Shown here piece by piece: positions 1 through 8,392 of a DNA stretch of 39,155 nucleotides (positions are counted from its first letter, which is position 1; the number at the start of each line of letters is the position of its first letter). The notes beneath the pieces were generated by a model, which was not told the origin of the DNA, made no database searches, and worked only from the letters and a program-made list of their open reading frames with translations. Source of the stretch: Gammaproteobacteria bacterium (GTDB lineage Bacteria; Pseudomonadota; Gammaproteobacteria; Comchoanobacterales; Comchoanobacteraceae); NCBI GenBank assembly GCA_029243665.1, contig JAQWRO010000048.1, forward strand, positions 1 to 39,155, written 5' to 3'. A program made the position numbers and the translations under genes.

Positions 1-55
1 CAGTTCCTGTTCTTGCTTTTTTATCTGTATGTGTAATGTTTAATTGAATACTCAT
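1..55 (-). CDS. tgt: queuine tRNA-ribosyltransferase, first 18 codons only (runs off left edge)
   Basis: Reverse complement of 1-55 reads ATG AGT ATT CAA... = MSIQLNITHTDKKARTGT. This resembles the conserved Tgt N-terminus (E. coli MKFELDTTDGRARRG). It lies 10 nt downstream of the queA stop, as in the queA-tgt operon. Confidence 0.6.
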   Translation of the reverse strand, partial: MSIQLNITHTDKKARTGT

Positions 56-65
56 AAAATACCTA

Positions 66-1070
66 TTAAATGATTAGCATGGCATCACCATAACTATAAA
101 AATTAAGTTTTGCCTCAATGGCTATTTGATAACATCGGTGTGCCTCTTCAGTGCCTATTGCAGAACAAATAAGCATAAATAAAGTTGATTTTGGCAAGTG
201 AAAATTTGTTAATATGCCATCGACAACTTGCCATTGAAATCCAGGGTGTATAAAAATATCGGTATTTCTAGCGCCTGCAATGATTTGTGGTTGACGCCAG
301 GTATCCTCAAGTGTCCTAACAGACGTGGTTCCTACAGCAATGGTTCGGCCACTGTTTTGTTTGGTTTTTTTTATTAAGTCGATGATTTGATCTGTGATGA
401 TGTATTGTTCATGATGCATGACATGTTGTTTGATGTCGTTGTGTTTGACTGGCAAAAAAGTTCCAAGGCCAACATGTAATGTGATGAAATCATACGGGCA
501 AGGCAGGGTGTTTAAGATTTCGTTAGTAAAATGTAGGCCAGCTGTAGGCGCTGCAACTGCACCCGAATATTTTGCGTAACATGTTTGATAATTTGGATCT
601 AGTCGTTCATCTGATTTGATGTAATGTGGCAAAGGCGTTGCGCCATACAGATCAAGGAATGATTCAATGTTTGTTTTGATTTTAAAGTAAGCTTTTTTTA
701 TAAGTGTACTAGATGTTTCCTCAATGAGTACATTCTCACCTGATTCTAAAACCAATGTGGCCGGGAGTTTAAGCTTATGATTGGATTGTGTCATAACCAT
801 TGCTTCTTTGTCTGAAACTATGGTTTCAACAAATAATTCAACTTTAGCCCCGGTGGTTTTAAATGCTTTTAGCCTAGATGGAATAACTTTAGTGTTATTC
901 ATAATAAGACAATCATTAGGACTAAGGTAGGTTATAATTTCCTCAAAAGGTTTTATTTCAATGTTTCGGATTTGCTTGTTATAAATGAGTAAATTCGAAC
1001 GCTTAGATTTTTTTTGGGCAATCAATTCTACAGGTAAATTAAAGTCAAAATGATTTATATCCATTTGCAT
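66..1070 (-). CDS. queA: S-adenosylmethionine:tRNA ribosyltransferase-isomerase
   Basis: The track ORF is 66-1247, but its first 59 codons overlap tRNA-Val. The QueA-like sequence starts at MQMDINHFDFNLPVELIAQ (ATG at 1070; alternative ATG at 1064). Conserved QueA blocks include GAVAAPTAGLHFT and TLHVGLGTF.PV, and the C-terminus ends in YSYGDAMLI. Length is about 334 aa. Confidence 0.9.
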   Translation of the reverse strand: MQMDINHFDFNLPVELIAQKKSKRSNLLIYNKQIRNIEIKPFEEIITYLSPNDCLIMNNTKVIPSRLKAFKTTGAKVELFVETIVSDKEAMVMTQSNHKLKLPATLVLESGENVLIEETSSTLIKKAYFKIKTNIESFLDLYGATPLPHYIKSDERLDPNYQTCYAKYSGAVAAPTAGLHFTNEILNTLPCPYDFITLHVGLGTFLPVKHNDIKQHVMHHEQYIITDQIIDLIKKTKQNSGRTIAVGTTSVRTLEDTWRQPQIIAGARNTDIFIHPGFQWQVVDGILTNFHLPKSTLFMLICSAIGTEEAHRCYQIAIEAKLNFYSYGDAMLII

Positions 1071-1171
1071 TATGCTAACCATATAAAAGTTATGTGACAA
1101 GTAAAAAAATAGTCTACAATTAGATAAGTATTGACCAAGTGTCGATTTGAGGTTAAATTGTACGTTTAGGC

Positions 1172-1246
1172 AGGCGCGTAGCTCAGCGGTAGAGCACCAC
1201 CTTGACATGGTGGTGGTCGGTGGTTCGATCCCACTCGCGCCTACCA
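1172..1246 (+). tRNA. tRNA-Val (anticodon GAC), CCA encoded
   Basis: Hand-folded cloverleaf. Acceptor AGGCGCG/CGCGCCT; D arm GCTC-AGCGGTA-GAGC; anticodon stem CCACC/GGTGG with loop TTGACAT; T arm GGTGG-TTCGATC-CCACT; discriminator A plus CCA. Total 75 nt. Confidence 0.9.
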
Positions 1247-1269
1247 TTTAATAATGTTAGGAGTAATAT

Positions 1270-1785
1270 ATTATCGAAAAAAGAAAAAATCGTGTTAATG
1301 AACAAATAAGAGTGCCGCACGTAAAATTTATTGATGAGAATGGAACGCTCATCGGAGAAAAATACCCAACTGATAAAGCATTATCACATTGTAAAGCTAT
1401 TGGATTAGACTTGGTCGAAGTCGTTCCAAATACGTCACCTCCTGTATGTAAAGCGCTGGATTTTGGTAAGTTCCGTTTCCAAGCTGCAAAGAAAAAGCAA
1501 GTTGTTAAAAAGCAACAGCTTAAAGAAATTAAGTTAAGACCAGGGATTGGTGATGAAGATTATAGAGTAAAATTAAAAAGGACTAGACAGTTTTTAGAGG
1601 GGAACAACAAGGTTAAGGTTTCTTTACGTTTTCGTGGTAGAGAAATCATGCATTCCAATATTGGTTTTGCTCTTGTTAACCGCATGGTGCAAGATTTGGA
1701 AGAGATTTGTGTTGTAGAAAAACCAGCATCATCCGAAGGTCGCCAGATTATTATTATTCTTGGGCCAAAAAAAACACCTAATTAG
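1270..1785 (+). CDS. infC: translation initiation factor IF-3, ATT start
   Basis: The track ORF starts at GTG 1312 (MPHVKFIDENG...). The frame stays open upstream to a TAA at 1264-1266 and reads I-I-E-K-R-K-N-R-V-N-E-Q-I-R-V-P-H-V-K, the usual IF3 N-terminus (..RINEEIR.PEVRLID). ATT at 1270 lies 7 nt after AGGAG (1258-1262). The C-terminal domain motif LRFRGREI.H is present. Confidence 0.85.
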   Translation: MIEKRKNRVNEQIRVPHVKFIDENGTLIGEKYPTDKALSHCKAIGLDLVEVVPNTSPPVCKALDFGKFRFQAAKKKQVVKKQQLKEIKLRPGIGDEDYRVKLKRTRQFLEGNNKVKVSLRFRGREIMHSNIGFALVNRMVQDLEEICVVEKPASSEGRQIIIILGPKKTPN

Positions 1786-1797
1786 ACATCATTGTCA

Positions 1798-1826
1798 TTG
1801 ACAATCATTTATAATTATGTAAGAAT
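1798..1826 (+). promoter_or_regulatory. candidate sigma70 promoter for rpmI-rplT
   Basis: TTGACA (1798-1803), a 17-nt spacer, then AAGAAT (1821-1826), about 45 nt upstream of the rpmI ATG. The -35 lies within a 15-nt palindrome, ATTGTCA-T-TGACAAT (1791-1805). Confidence 0.35.
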
Positions 1827-1870
1827 TAGCTGGTAAAAATTTAAATATTTCGATTAAAGGAATTTGATTT

Positions 1871-2077
1871 ATGGCAAAAGCAGCCAACAAAACATGTAAA
1901 AGTGCAAAGAAGCGTTTCGTAACAAAACCAAATGGTGATGTTAAATTTAGAAGAGCTAAAAGAGCGCACATACTTTCGCACGAAAATCAGAAAGTGAAAC
2001 GTCAAAGACGTCGTAATCAAGTTATCAAAGTGATTGCTGACGTTAAGAGAATTAAACGACTACTCGGGGAAATCTAA
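1871..2077 (+). CDS. rpmI: 50S ribosomal protein L35
   Basis: A 68-aa very basic protein ([19 protein letters not shown]). It sits in the conserved position between infC and rplT. Confidence 0.93.
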   Translation: MAKAANKTCKSAKKRFVTKPNGDVKFRRAKRAHILSHENQKVKRQRRRNQVIKVIADVKRIKRLLGEI

Positions 2078-2079
2078 AC

Positions 2080-2436
2080 ATGACTAGAGCAAGAACAGGC
2101 GTTGTTTCAAGACGCTCTCATAAAAAAATTCTCAAACAGGCACGCGGTTATTATGGAGCTAGAAGTAAAGTATTCAGAGTAGCTAAACAAGCTGTCATCA
2201 AAGCTGGACAATATGCTTACCGTGATAGAAGACAAAGAAAGAGACAATTTAGACAACTCTGGATTATTCGATTGAATGCTGCAGTTCGTGAACATGGTTT
2301 ATCTTACTCACAATTTATTTATTTGCTTAACCAGTCAAACGTAACACTTAATCGTAAGTGTTTATCAAATATGGCTATCGAAGACAAAGCATCTTTTGCT
2401 AAGTTAGTTGCAGAGTTAAAAAAGCAAGCCGCATAA
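2080..2436 (+). CDS. rplT: 50S ribosomal protein L20
   Basis: [62 protein letters not shown] is the canonical L20 sequence. Confidence 0.97.
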   Translation: MTRARTGVVSRRSHKKILKQARGYYGARSKVFRVAKQAVIKAGQYAYRDRRQRKRQFRQLWIIRLNAAVREHGLSYSQFIYLLNQSNVTLNRKCLSNMAIEDKASFAKLVAELKKQAA

Positions 2437-3435
2437 ATGGATTTAAAACAAGCTGATATTGATCATGGCCTAAAAGTCATTCAACAAGCTGTAACAACAA
2501 CAGACCTTGAAACTCAAAGGCTCCATTGGATGGGGAAGCAAGGTCTAATTACCCAGGCTTTCAAAACAATTGGTCGTCTTTCCGTTGAAGAAAAGCCAGC
2601 AGTTGCTAAGCAGTTAAACGAGTACAAATCTCAAATTACTGATGTGCTTGCAAAGCAAAAAGAACTTGTTAATAAAATCGAGTTACAAAAAGCCATTGAT
2701 GAAAAAATTGATGTCACATTTGAGCCTAGACTTCTAACGCAAGGACAGCACCACCCAATTCATCAAGTAATTAAAAAACTAAATTATTTTTTTGCGCAGA
2801 GAGGCTTCGAGTCCAGAAGTGACTACAACCTTGAAATCGAAGATGAATGGCATAATTTTGAATTATTAAATATTCCAGCGCATCATCCTGCAAGATCAAT
2901 GCAGGATACCTTTTATTGTGGTGAAAAAATTTTAAGGACTCATGTAAGTGCTGCTCAACCACGTATACTCAAGAATTCAAAGCTTCCATTAAGTGCAGTT
3001 GTTTTTGGTAGAGTGTTTAGGTGTGATACACCTGATGCTACGCATACCCCTGTTTTTCATCAAATGGAGTGCTTACGTATTGATCGCCATTGTAATTTTG
3101 GTCATCTCAAAACAATCATTGAAGACTTTATCACGTTTTTATTTGGTGAGAAATTACCTATTCGTTATAGAGCAAGTTATTTTCCATTTACTGAACCATC
3201 AGTAGAGATTGATGTTTGGATGCCTGAAAAAAAAGCTTGGCTTGAAATTTTAGGCGCTGGGATGGTACATCCAAATGTCATTAAAAATGCTGGCCATGAC
3301 CCATCCGTATATCGTGGTTTTGCTTTTGGTGTAGGTCTAGAACGTATAGCAATGCTTTATTTTGATCTTGATGACGTTCGTGAATTATACAATAGTGATC
3401 TATCTTTACTTGGAGATTGTTATTTATGGCAATGA
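2437..3435 (+). CDS. pheS: phenylalanine--tRNA ligase alpha subunit
   Basis: Class II aaRS motifs are present: HPARSMQDTFY, FRCDTPDATHTPVFHQMECL and GFAFGVGLERIAML. The ATG directly abuts the rplT stop (TAAATG). Confidence 0.97.
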   Translation: MDLKQADIDHGLKVIQQAVTTTDLETQRLHWMGKQGLITQAFKTIGRLSVEEKPAVAKQLNEYKSQITDVLAKQKELVNKIELQKAIDEKIDVTFEPRLLTQGQHHPIHQVIKKLNYFFAQRGFESRSDYNLEIEDEWHNFELLNIPAHHPARSMQDTFYCGEKILRTHVSAAQPRILKNSKLPLSAVVFGRVFRCDTPDATHTPVFHQMECLRIDRHCNFGHLKTIIEDFITFLFGEKLPIRYRASYFPFTEPSVEIDVWMPEKKAWLEILGAGMVHPNVIKNAGHDPSVYRGFAFGVGLERIAMLYFDLDDVRELYNSDLSLLGDCYLWQ

Positions 3436-5774
3436 TACTTTCACCTAAATGGCTACAGTCTATTTTAGGGTGTGAATTTCATCTAGAAAAAACTACTGAT
3501 AAATTATCTCAATTAGGCTTGGAAACCGAACTTATTTCTGCTTCTACTGATATACTTTATAATATTGTCGTCGGAAAAGTTATTGCAACTGATCAACATC
3601 CAGACGCAGATCGATTAAAAGTATGTAAAGTTGATGTTAATCAACCCGAACATTTAACCATTGTCTGTGGCTGTCCAACAGTAACAAAAGGTATGGTTGT
3701 TGCGGTTGCAATGGACGGTGCTAAATTACCTGGAATAACAATTAAAGCCTCTAAGTTGAGAGGTGTGGCTTCTCAAGGTATGTTATGTACTGCGTTAGAG
3801 TTAGGTATGTCCTCAAAAAAAAGTTCGTTGCTTTCACTTCCAGCTGATACAACGATTGGTAAGCCAATTACAGAGGTTTTATCATTAGACCAACAATGGA
3901 TGGAAGTAGAAATTACACCAAATAGAGGCGATTGTGTAAGCGCGTTAGGGGTTGCAAGGGAAATTTCAATTGGAATGCAGCAAGATTTTCATACGCCATT
4001 GACACAAATGGCTTGTGGACAGCCAGATTTATTAGGTTTAGTTGATACAAGTTGTACTAGTTATGCTTACGCACAAATAGATATCAAAACTGAATCAAAC
4101 CCTAAATTATCCGAACAGATTGATTATCAGCTACATGTTGCTGGCTTAAATCGTGTGAGTCCAATTGTAGATATTCTCAATTATATTATGTTATACACTG
4201 GTCAACCAATGCATGCATTTGATTTTAGCAAGCTTAAAGGGCAAGTGTGTGTACGTTACGCCAGTTCTGGTGAATCGATTCATTTATTAGATGATCAAGA
4301 CATAACATTAGAAACAAGTGACTTAGTGATTGCAGATGATAATGGCCCAATTGCTTTAGCAGGGATTATGGGTGGTGAGCATTCAAAAGTGACAGATGAA
4401 ACATCTTCTATCTTATTGGAAAGTGCCTGTTTTGATCCCGTCGTAATAGCTAAAACAGCAAAACGTTTGGGTATAACCACAGATGCAAGTTACCGTTATG
4501 TGAGGGGTACTGATCCTGAATTAGTCGAATTTGCATTGTCAGAAGCAGTTAAAGTAATTAGCGAAACCTACAAAACCAATTCTATATCTTCAAGTGTTGT
4601 ATTCAATAAACAAGAAAAAGAACCTATTCGTATTGGTATCAAAGATGTCCATGACTACCTTGGTTTAGAAATAAATATTGGTCAACTTACTTCATATATG
4701 CGGTTAATTGGTTGTCAGGTTATGATTGAAGAATCTGAATACATAACTGTTGAAGTTCCTTCTCATAGAAATGATTTACATTTTTATTATGACTTAATTG
4801 AAGAAGTTGCAAGATTGGTAGGGTATGAAAATTTACCTAAATCTGAATTAACATGTCAACCACTGAATCAAGAAGATAAAGCATTAGCAAGACATTTTCA
4901 ATTGATTGAAGTGTTAGTTGCTAGAGGATATCAAGAGCTATACAGTCTCAGTTTGCAATCCAAAGCCCATGCTTCAATCTTCGCTGATGAGAGCACATTA
5001 ATTCACTTAGATAACCCATTATCAGAAGAATATGCGGTTATGAGACCATCAATATTATCTTCGTTATTATTGCAAATAAAACATTGCCTTAATCATTTTG
5101 TTAGATCAGGTAAATTAGTTGAATTAGGGGATTGTTTTGAAAAGCCCTCAATTGCTTATAAAAAATTAGGTTTAGCAGCATTTGGTGATAAAGATGATCC
5201 TGAAGCTAATACGAATACGTTCATGCGCATTAAACAAGATATTCATGCAGTTATTCATCGTCTTAAGCCAGGCATGACAGTAAAGTACCAAACGGCGGGT
5301 GAGCTGTCTGATTTGCCGCTTGGTTGGCACCCAAATCAAACTGCTCAGATTGTACTCAATGATACGGTCATTGGGTATGTAGGTAGCTTGCATCCAAGTC
5401 TACAACAAGACATTGCTGTTGATATTTATGCAGCTGAAATAGATTTAAATATGCTTGATAAGCAATCAGTGTTTTTTGTTAAGCCACAAGTACAATCTAA
5501 ATTTCCACCTTCAACAAGAGATTTATCCTTTTGGGTGAATTCATCTGATTGTGCAGGTTTAATAAAAGATCAAATTTCAGGTGTTTCTGAGTTGTTGACT
5601 CAAGTTGATATGGTAGATGATTATTATTCAGAGCAAGAAAGTCAAAGAAGTTTGACATTTAGATTGACTTTTCAATCATTTACTAAGACACTGAAGGATA
5701 AAGAAATTGACAAAGTTATTGAAAATACAGTTGCAATTTTAGCTAAAGATGGTATAAATCTCAGAGACCATTAA
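3432..5774 (+). CDS. pheT: phenylalanine--tRNA ligase beta subunit
   Basis: The start is set at ATG 3432 (MILSPKWLQSIL, compare E. coli MKFSELWL), which overlaps the pheS stop as ATGA. The tRNA-binding domain signature HPDADRLKVC is present, along with B3/4, B5 and C-terminal FDX-ACB-like regions. Length is about 780 aa. Confidence 0.95.
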   Translation: MILSPKWLQSILGCEFHLEKTTDKLSQLGLETELISASTDILYNIVVGKVIATDQHPDADRLKVCKVDVNQPEHLTIVCGCPTVTKGMVVAVAMDGAKLPGITIKASKLRGVASQGMLCTALELGMSSKKSSLLSLPADTTIGKPITEVLSLDQQWMEVEITPNRGDCVSALGVAREISIGMQQDFHTPLTQMACGQPDLLGLVDTSCTSYAYAQIDIKTESNPKLSEQIDYQLHVAGLNRVSPIVDILNYIMLYTGQPMHAFDFSKLKGQVCVRYASSGESIHLLDDQDITLETSDLVIADDNGPIALAGIMGGEHSKVTDETSSILLESACFDPVVIAKTAKRLGITTDASYRYVRGTDPELVEFALSEAVKVISETYKTNSISSSVVFNKQEKEPIRIGIKDVHDYLGLEINIGQLTSYMRLIGCQVMIEESEYITVEVPSHRNDLHFYYDLIEEVARLVGYENLPKSELTCQPLNQEDKALARHFQLIEVLVARGYQELYSLSLQSKAHASIFADESTLIHLDNPLSEEYAVMRPSILSSLLLQIKHCLNHFVRSGKLVELGDCFEKPSIAYKKLGLAAFGDKDDPEANTNTFMRIKQDIHAVIHRLKPGMTVKYQTAGELSDLPLGWHPNQTAQIVLNDTVIGYVGSLHPSLQQDIAVDIYAAEIDLNMLDKQSVFFVKPQVQSKFPPSTRDLSFWVNSSDCAGLIKDQISGVSELLTQVDMVDDYYSEQESQRSLTFRLTFQSFTKTLKDKEIDKVIENTVAILAKDGINLRDH

Positions 5775-5812
5775 AGAATTTATATAAGTATTTAAACGGA
5801 GACGATACATTC

Positions 5813-6133
5813 ATGAAAACATTAACTAAAAATGACATAGCTGAAAAATTATCAAAATTAATGGGTATGCCTAAAAGTGAGGCCATGAATTTCGTTCAGT
5901 TATTCTTTGATAACATAGTGGATGTTATTGTGGATAAAGAGTCTTTAAAATTATCTGGTTTTGGTAATTTTATGGTTAATTTCAAGAAATCCAGACCAGG
6001 TAGAAATCCAAAAACTGGCGAAGATAAAGTAATATCTGAAAGACATGTTGTTACATTTAAGCCAGGTTCTAAGTTTAAAGAAAAGCTACTAAGTAAGTCA
6101 CATCATGATTTCAAAGAGCTAGAAGAAGCCTAA
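5813..6133 (+). CDS. ihfA: integration host factor alpha subunit
   Basis: The LSGFGNF....K.SRPGRNPKTGEDK.I..R.VVTFKPG sequence matches the IHF-alpha arm. The position after pheT is conserved. Confidence 0.92.
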   Translation: MKTLTKNDIAEKLSKLMGMPKSEAMNFVQLFFDNIVDVIVDKESLKLSGFGNFMVNFKKSRPGRNPKTGEDKVISERHVVTFKPGSKFKEKLLSKSHHDFKELEEA

Positions 6134-6140
6134 ATTATTT

Positions 6141-6214
6141 TCGGGACGACTGGATTTGAACCAGCGACCTCTTGCGCCCCATGCAAGTACGCTACCAAGC
6201 TGCGCCACGCCCCG
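6141..6214 (-). tRNA. tRNA-Pro (anticodon GGG), no encoded CCA
   Basis: The reverse complement reads CGGGGCG-TG-GCGC-AGCTTGGTA-GCGT-A-CTTGC-ATGGGGC-GCAAG-AGGTC-GCTGG-TTCAAAT-CCAGT-CGTCCCG-A. The cloverleaf was folded by hand, and the anticodon loop carries GGG. Confidence 0.88.
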
Positions 6215-6264
6215 AATGTTTTAATCTAACGTTAATCTTTTAAACTGTCAATGATTGTTGTTTT

Positions 6265-8259
6265 TTAAAGTTGTATATATGTCGCCTTAGACAAAAACGA
6301 TGTTTCTTTTTGTTTGCTTTGATTAAATAGACTGCAAACACTCAGTTTAGCATCATGAATGCCAATGATACTATCTTTAGTATGGCTACTACTATCTATT
6401 ACATCTGAGTGTGAAATGGTCAGCACAGTTGCATTAGGAAAACGTTCATAAATCGACTTTAGATATTGAATTTCACTTGCTGAATCTACTTTCCCAAAAG
6501 GTTCATCTAAGGTGATAAGCTTGATATTATCTGGATTCTGCAACAATAAACGACATAAAATAAATCTTTGTTCTTGACCACCTGATAATTCACCAATAGT
6601 TTCATTTAATTGAATGGAGCCTTTTTGATCTCCAAAATATTTTCGTACAACGTCTAACATATCACGGTCTGAAATGCTAAATTTTTGACTTTCAGGCATG
6701 GCTGCTAATAATTCCTCTTTCCAGCTTTTTGTTCTATCAACAATGGCTGTTTGCGTGACGTGTATGATTTGACTCTCATCTGGCAAATACATGCTACCGT
6801 AACCAAGTCTATAATTACCTGAGATTGCTTTTATAATGAGTGACTTGCCTGTGCCAGAGTCACCTTTGATAAGCACTTTTTTACCGGCTGCTATTGAAAA
6901 GTCTAGTTCATAATTATACGCAAAGTTTTGTGAAAATATATATTCTTGATTTGGTTTTAATTGCTGTTGAGGTGTGTTTTTAAATAATATTGGTTGTGAG
7001 TTTGGCTGATCACCCAGCTGTGAAATACAATATTGTCCATTTAATAAATGAGGGTCTAGATCATCCCAGGTAACTGTTTCCATATTAAACTTTTGAACAA
7101 TGTCTTTATTTGTATCATCTTTAATTCTAATTTTATAAGGCGCAGTTGTTTCAATTTGAAAAATCTTCGCTTTTTCAAATGTGATGGAATTATCTTTGCT
7201 AATATGTTGTTTTAATACTGGTTTAACATCTGCATTTTGTATGTATTTATAATGTTTGTAAAGGTCTTTTGCATTGTTACATTTAACAATCATTGTTTGT
7301 ATTTGGTTGATTTCCATAAGACTAGAAGAGGCTTGGATGAATGCATTTACGATTAATGTAAATTCTGCCATGCTCATGTGTGATTGAATGGCATAGTAAC
7401 CAAATAATAGGTAAGGACCGTAAATAACAATTTGTTTTGAAAGGGTTGCAAAGAAGTTAAAAATTGCTTTTTTAATTGAGTAATCCCCCCTGGCTTCATA
7501 GGCTTCATTAACAATCTCCTCTAAAGATGTTTTTCTTGAATCGCATAAGTGTGGTTGCATGCTGAAGCTTTGAGCAAATGTTGTGATGATCTCAGCAAAT
7601 GTTTGAAATTGATTTTCATGCCCCATGTATTTTGCCTGAGAATCATTCATGATTTTGGCTACTTGATAACAAGTAAATAGTAAGACTACGCAAGTAAAAA
7701 AGGTGATTAGGGGCAAATATGGGTTTACAAGATATAATATAACAATTGAAGGTATAAATTGAATGATTGCTGTAATAATCGTTGTCCCGGCATCAAGTAA
7801 GTCAGATACACACACAGCCAATGTTTTAGCCAATGTTGCAGGCGAATTAGTTTCAATAGACTTGTCTCGTTGGTCGAAATTTTTTAGCACATCTGTATTA
7901 CAAAGTTTTTTAGTCTCATTTATAAGTACATAATAACGCCAGTTTCTCGTTAAAAGATCGGTTAAAAGTTTAATTACAACAGTCATACAAAGGATAGCCA
8001 TAATTAAAAGCGCCAACATAGGTAAGTAGTTTAAAAATAATATTGTGCTACTAACTTCAATGGCACCAATGAAAGATGCGAATGTTACGGACGCAAAAAA
8101 TACTAATGTTGCAAGCGCACATTCTGAAATAATGATTGCAATCAGATAATACCAACGATTTTTTTGAAATTTAACTAATAACGGATCATTGCTTTTCAAA
8201 TCTAGCCAGTAGTCTTTGATGAGTGAATAAATAAATGATTCTTTTTTTTGGTTTTGCAT
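6265..8259 (-). CDS. divergent fused ABC exporter (N-terminal transmembrane domain plus C-terminal ATPase with an inserted segment)
   Basis: 664 aa with about 6 hydrophobic helices in the first 330 aa. Motifs: Walker A GDSGTGKS; signature LSGGQEQR; Walker B LITLDEPF; H-loop TISHS. About 90 non-conserved residues (IETTAPYKIRIKDD...NFAYNYELD) precede Walker A. Confidence 0.8.
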   Translation of the reverse strand: MQNQKKESFIYSLIKDYWLDLKSNDPLLVKFQKNRWYYLIAIIISECALATLVFFASVTFASFIGAIEVSSTILFLNYLPMLALLIMAILCMTVVIKLLTDLLTRNWRYYVLINETKKLCNTDVLKNFDQRDKSIETNSPATLAKTLAVCVSDLLDAGTTIITAIIQFIPSIVILYLVNPYLPLITFFTCVVLLFTCYQVAKIMNDSQAKYMGHENQFQTFAEIITTFAQSFSMQPHLCDSRKTSLEEIVNEAYEARGDYSIKKAIFNFFATLSKQIVIYGPYLLFGYYAIQSHMSMAEFTLIVNAFIQASSSLMEINQIQTMIVKCNNAKDLYKHYKYIQNADVKPVLKQHISKDNSITFEKAKIFQIETTAPYKIRIKDDTNKDIVQKFNMETVTWDDLDPHLLNGQYCISQLGDQPNSQPILFKNTPQQQLKPNQEYIFSQNFAYNYELDFSIAAGKKVLIKGDSGTGKSLIIKAISGNYRLGYGSMYLPDESQIIHVTQTAIVDRTKSWKEELLAAMPESQKFSISDRDMLDVVRKYFGDQKGSIQLNETIGELSGGQEQRFILCRLLLQNPDNIKLITLDEPFGKVDSASEIQYLKSIYERFPNATVLTISHSDVIDSSSHTKDSIIGIHDAKLSVCSLFNQSKQKETSFLSKATYIQL

Positions 8260-8392
8260 TTTTTTTATATTATTCTTATGTGATAATAGTAATTCAGATC
8301 CTATAAAAAGTCCAATTTAATCTGCGGATGACAAAAGTTTTAATTATTGATAAAATCTATGATATATCATGGAAAAAGGAGTTAAATAAATT

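Noticed and set aside
1071-1247. N-terminal 59-codon extension of the queA ORF given in the track (66-1247)
   Set aside because: The extension runs antisense across a well-folded tRNA-Val gene (1172-1246). It has no similarity to QueA, whose homology begins at MQMDINHFDF (ATG 1070).
2107-5393. Short track ORFs inside or antisense to rplT, pheS and pheT (2107-2295, 2771-2962, 2993-3205, 4295-4480, 5172-5393)
   Set aside because: All are fully embedded in strongly conserved genes. They are 60-73 aa with low-complexity or odd composition and lack RBS support, so they are typical shadow ORFs.
6141-8259. tRNA-Pro-associated genomic island carrying the ABC exporter
   Set aside because: The ABC gene lies on the 5' side of the tRNA rather than the 3' side. 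No integrase gene and no repeat of the tRNA 3' end is visible.
8369-8389. Six-codon mini-ORF (MEKGVK) just upstream of nhaA, considered as a possible leader peptide
   Set aside because: It is too short and shows no visible alternative RNA structures. It contains the likely nhaA RBS, so its ATG is probably incidental.
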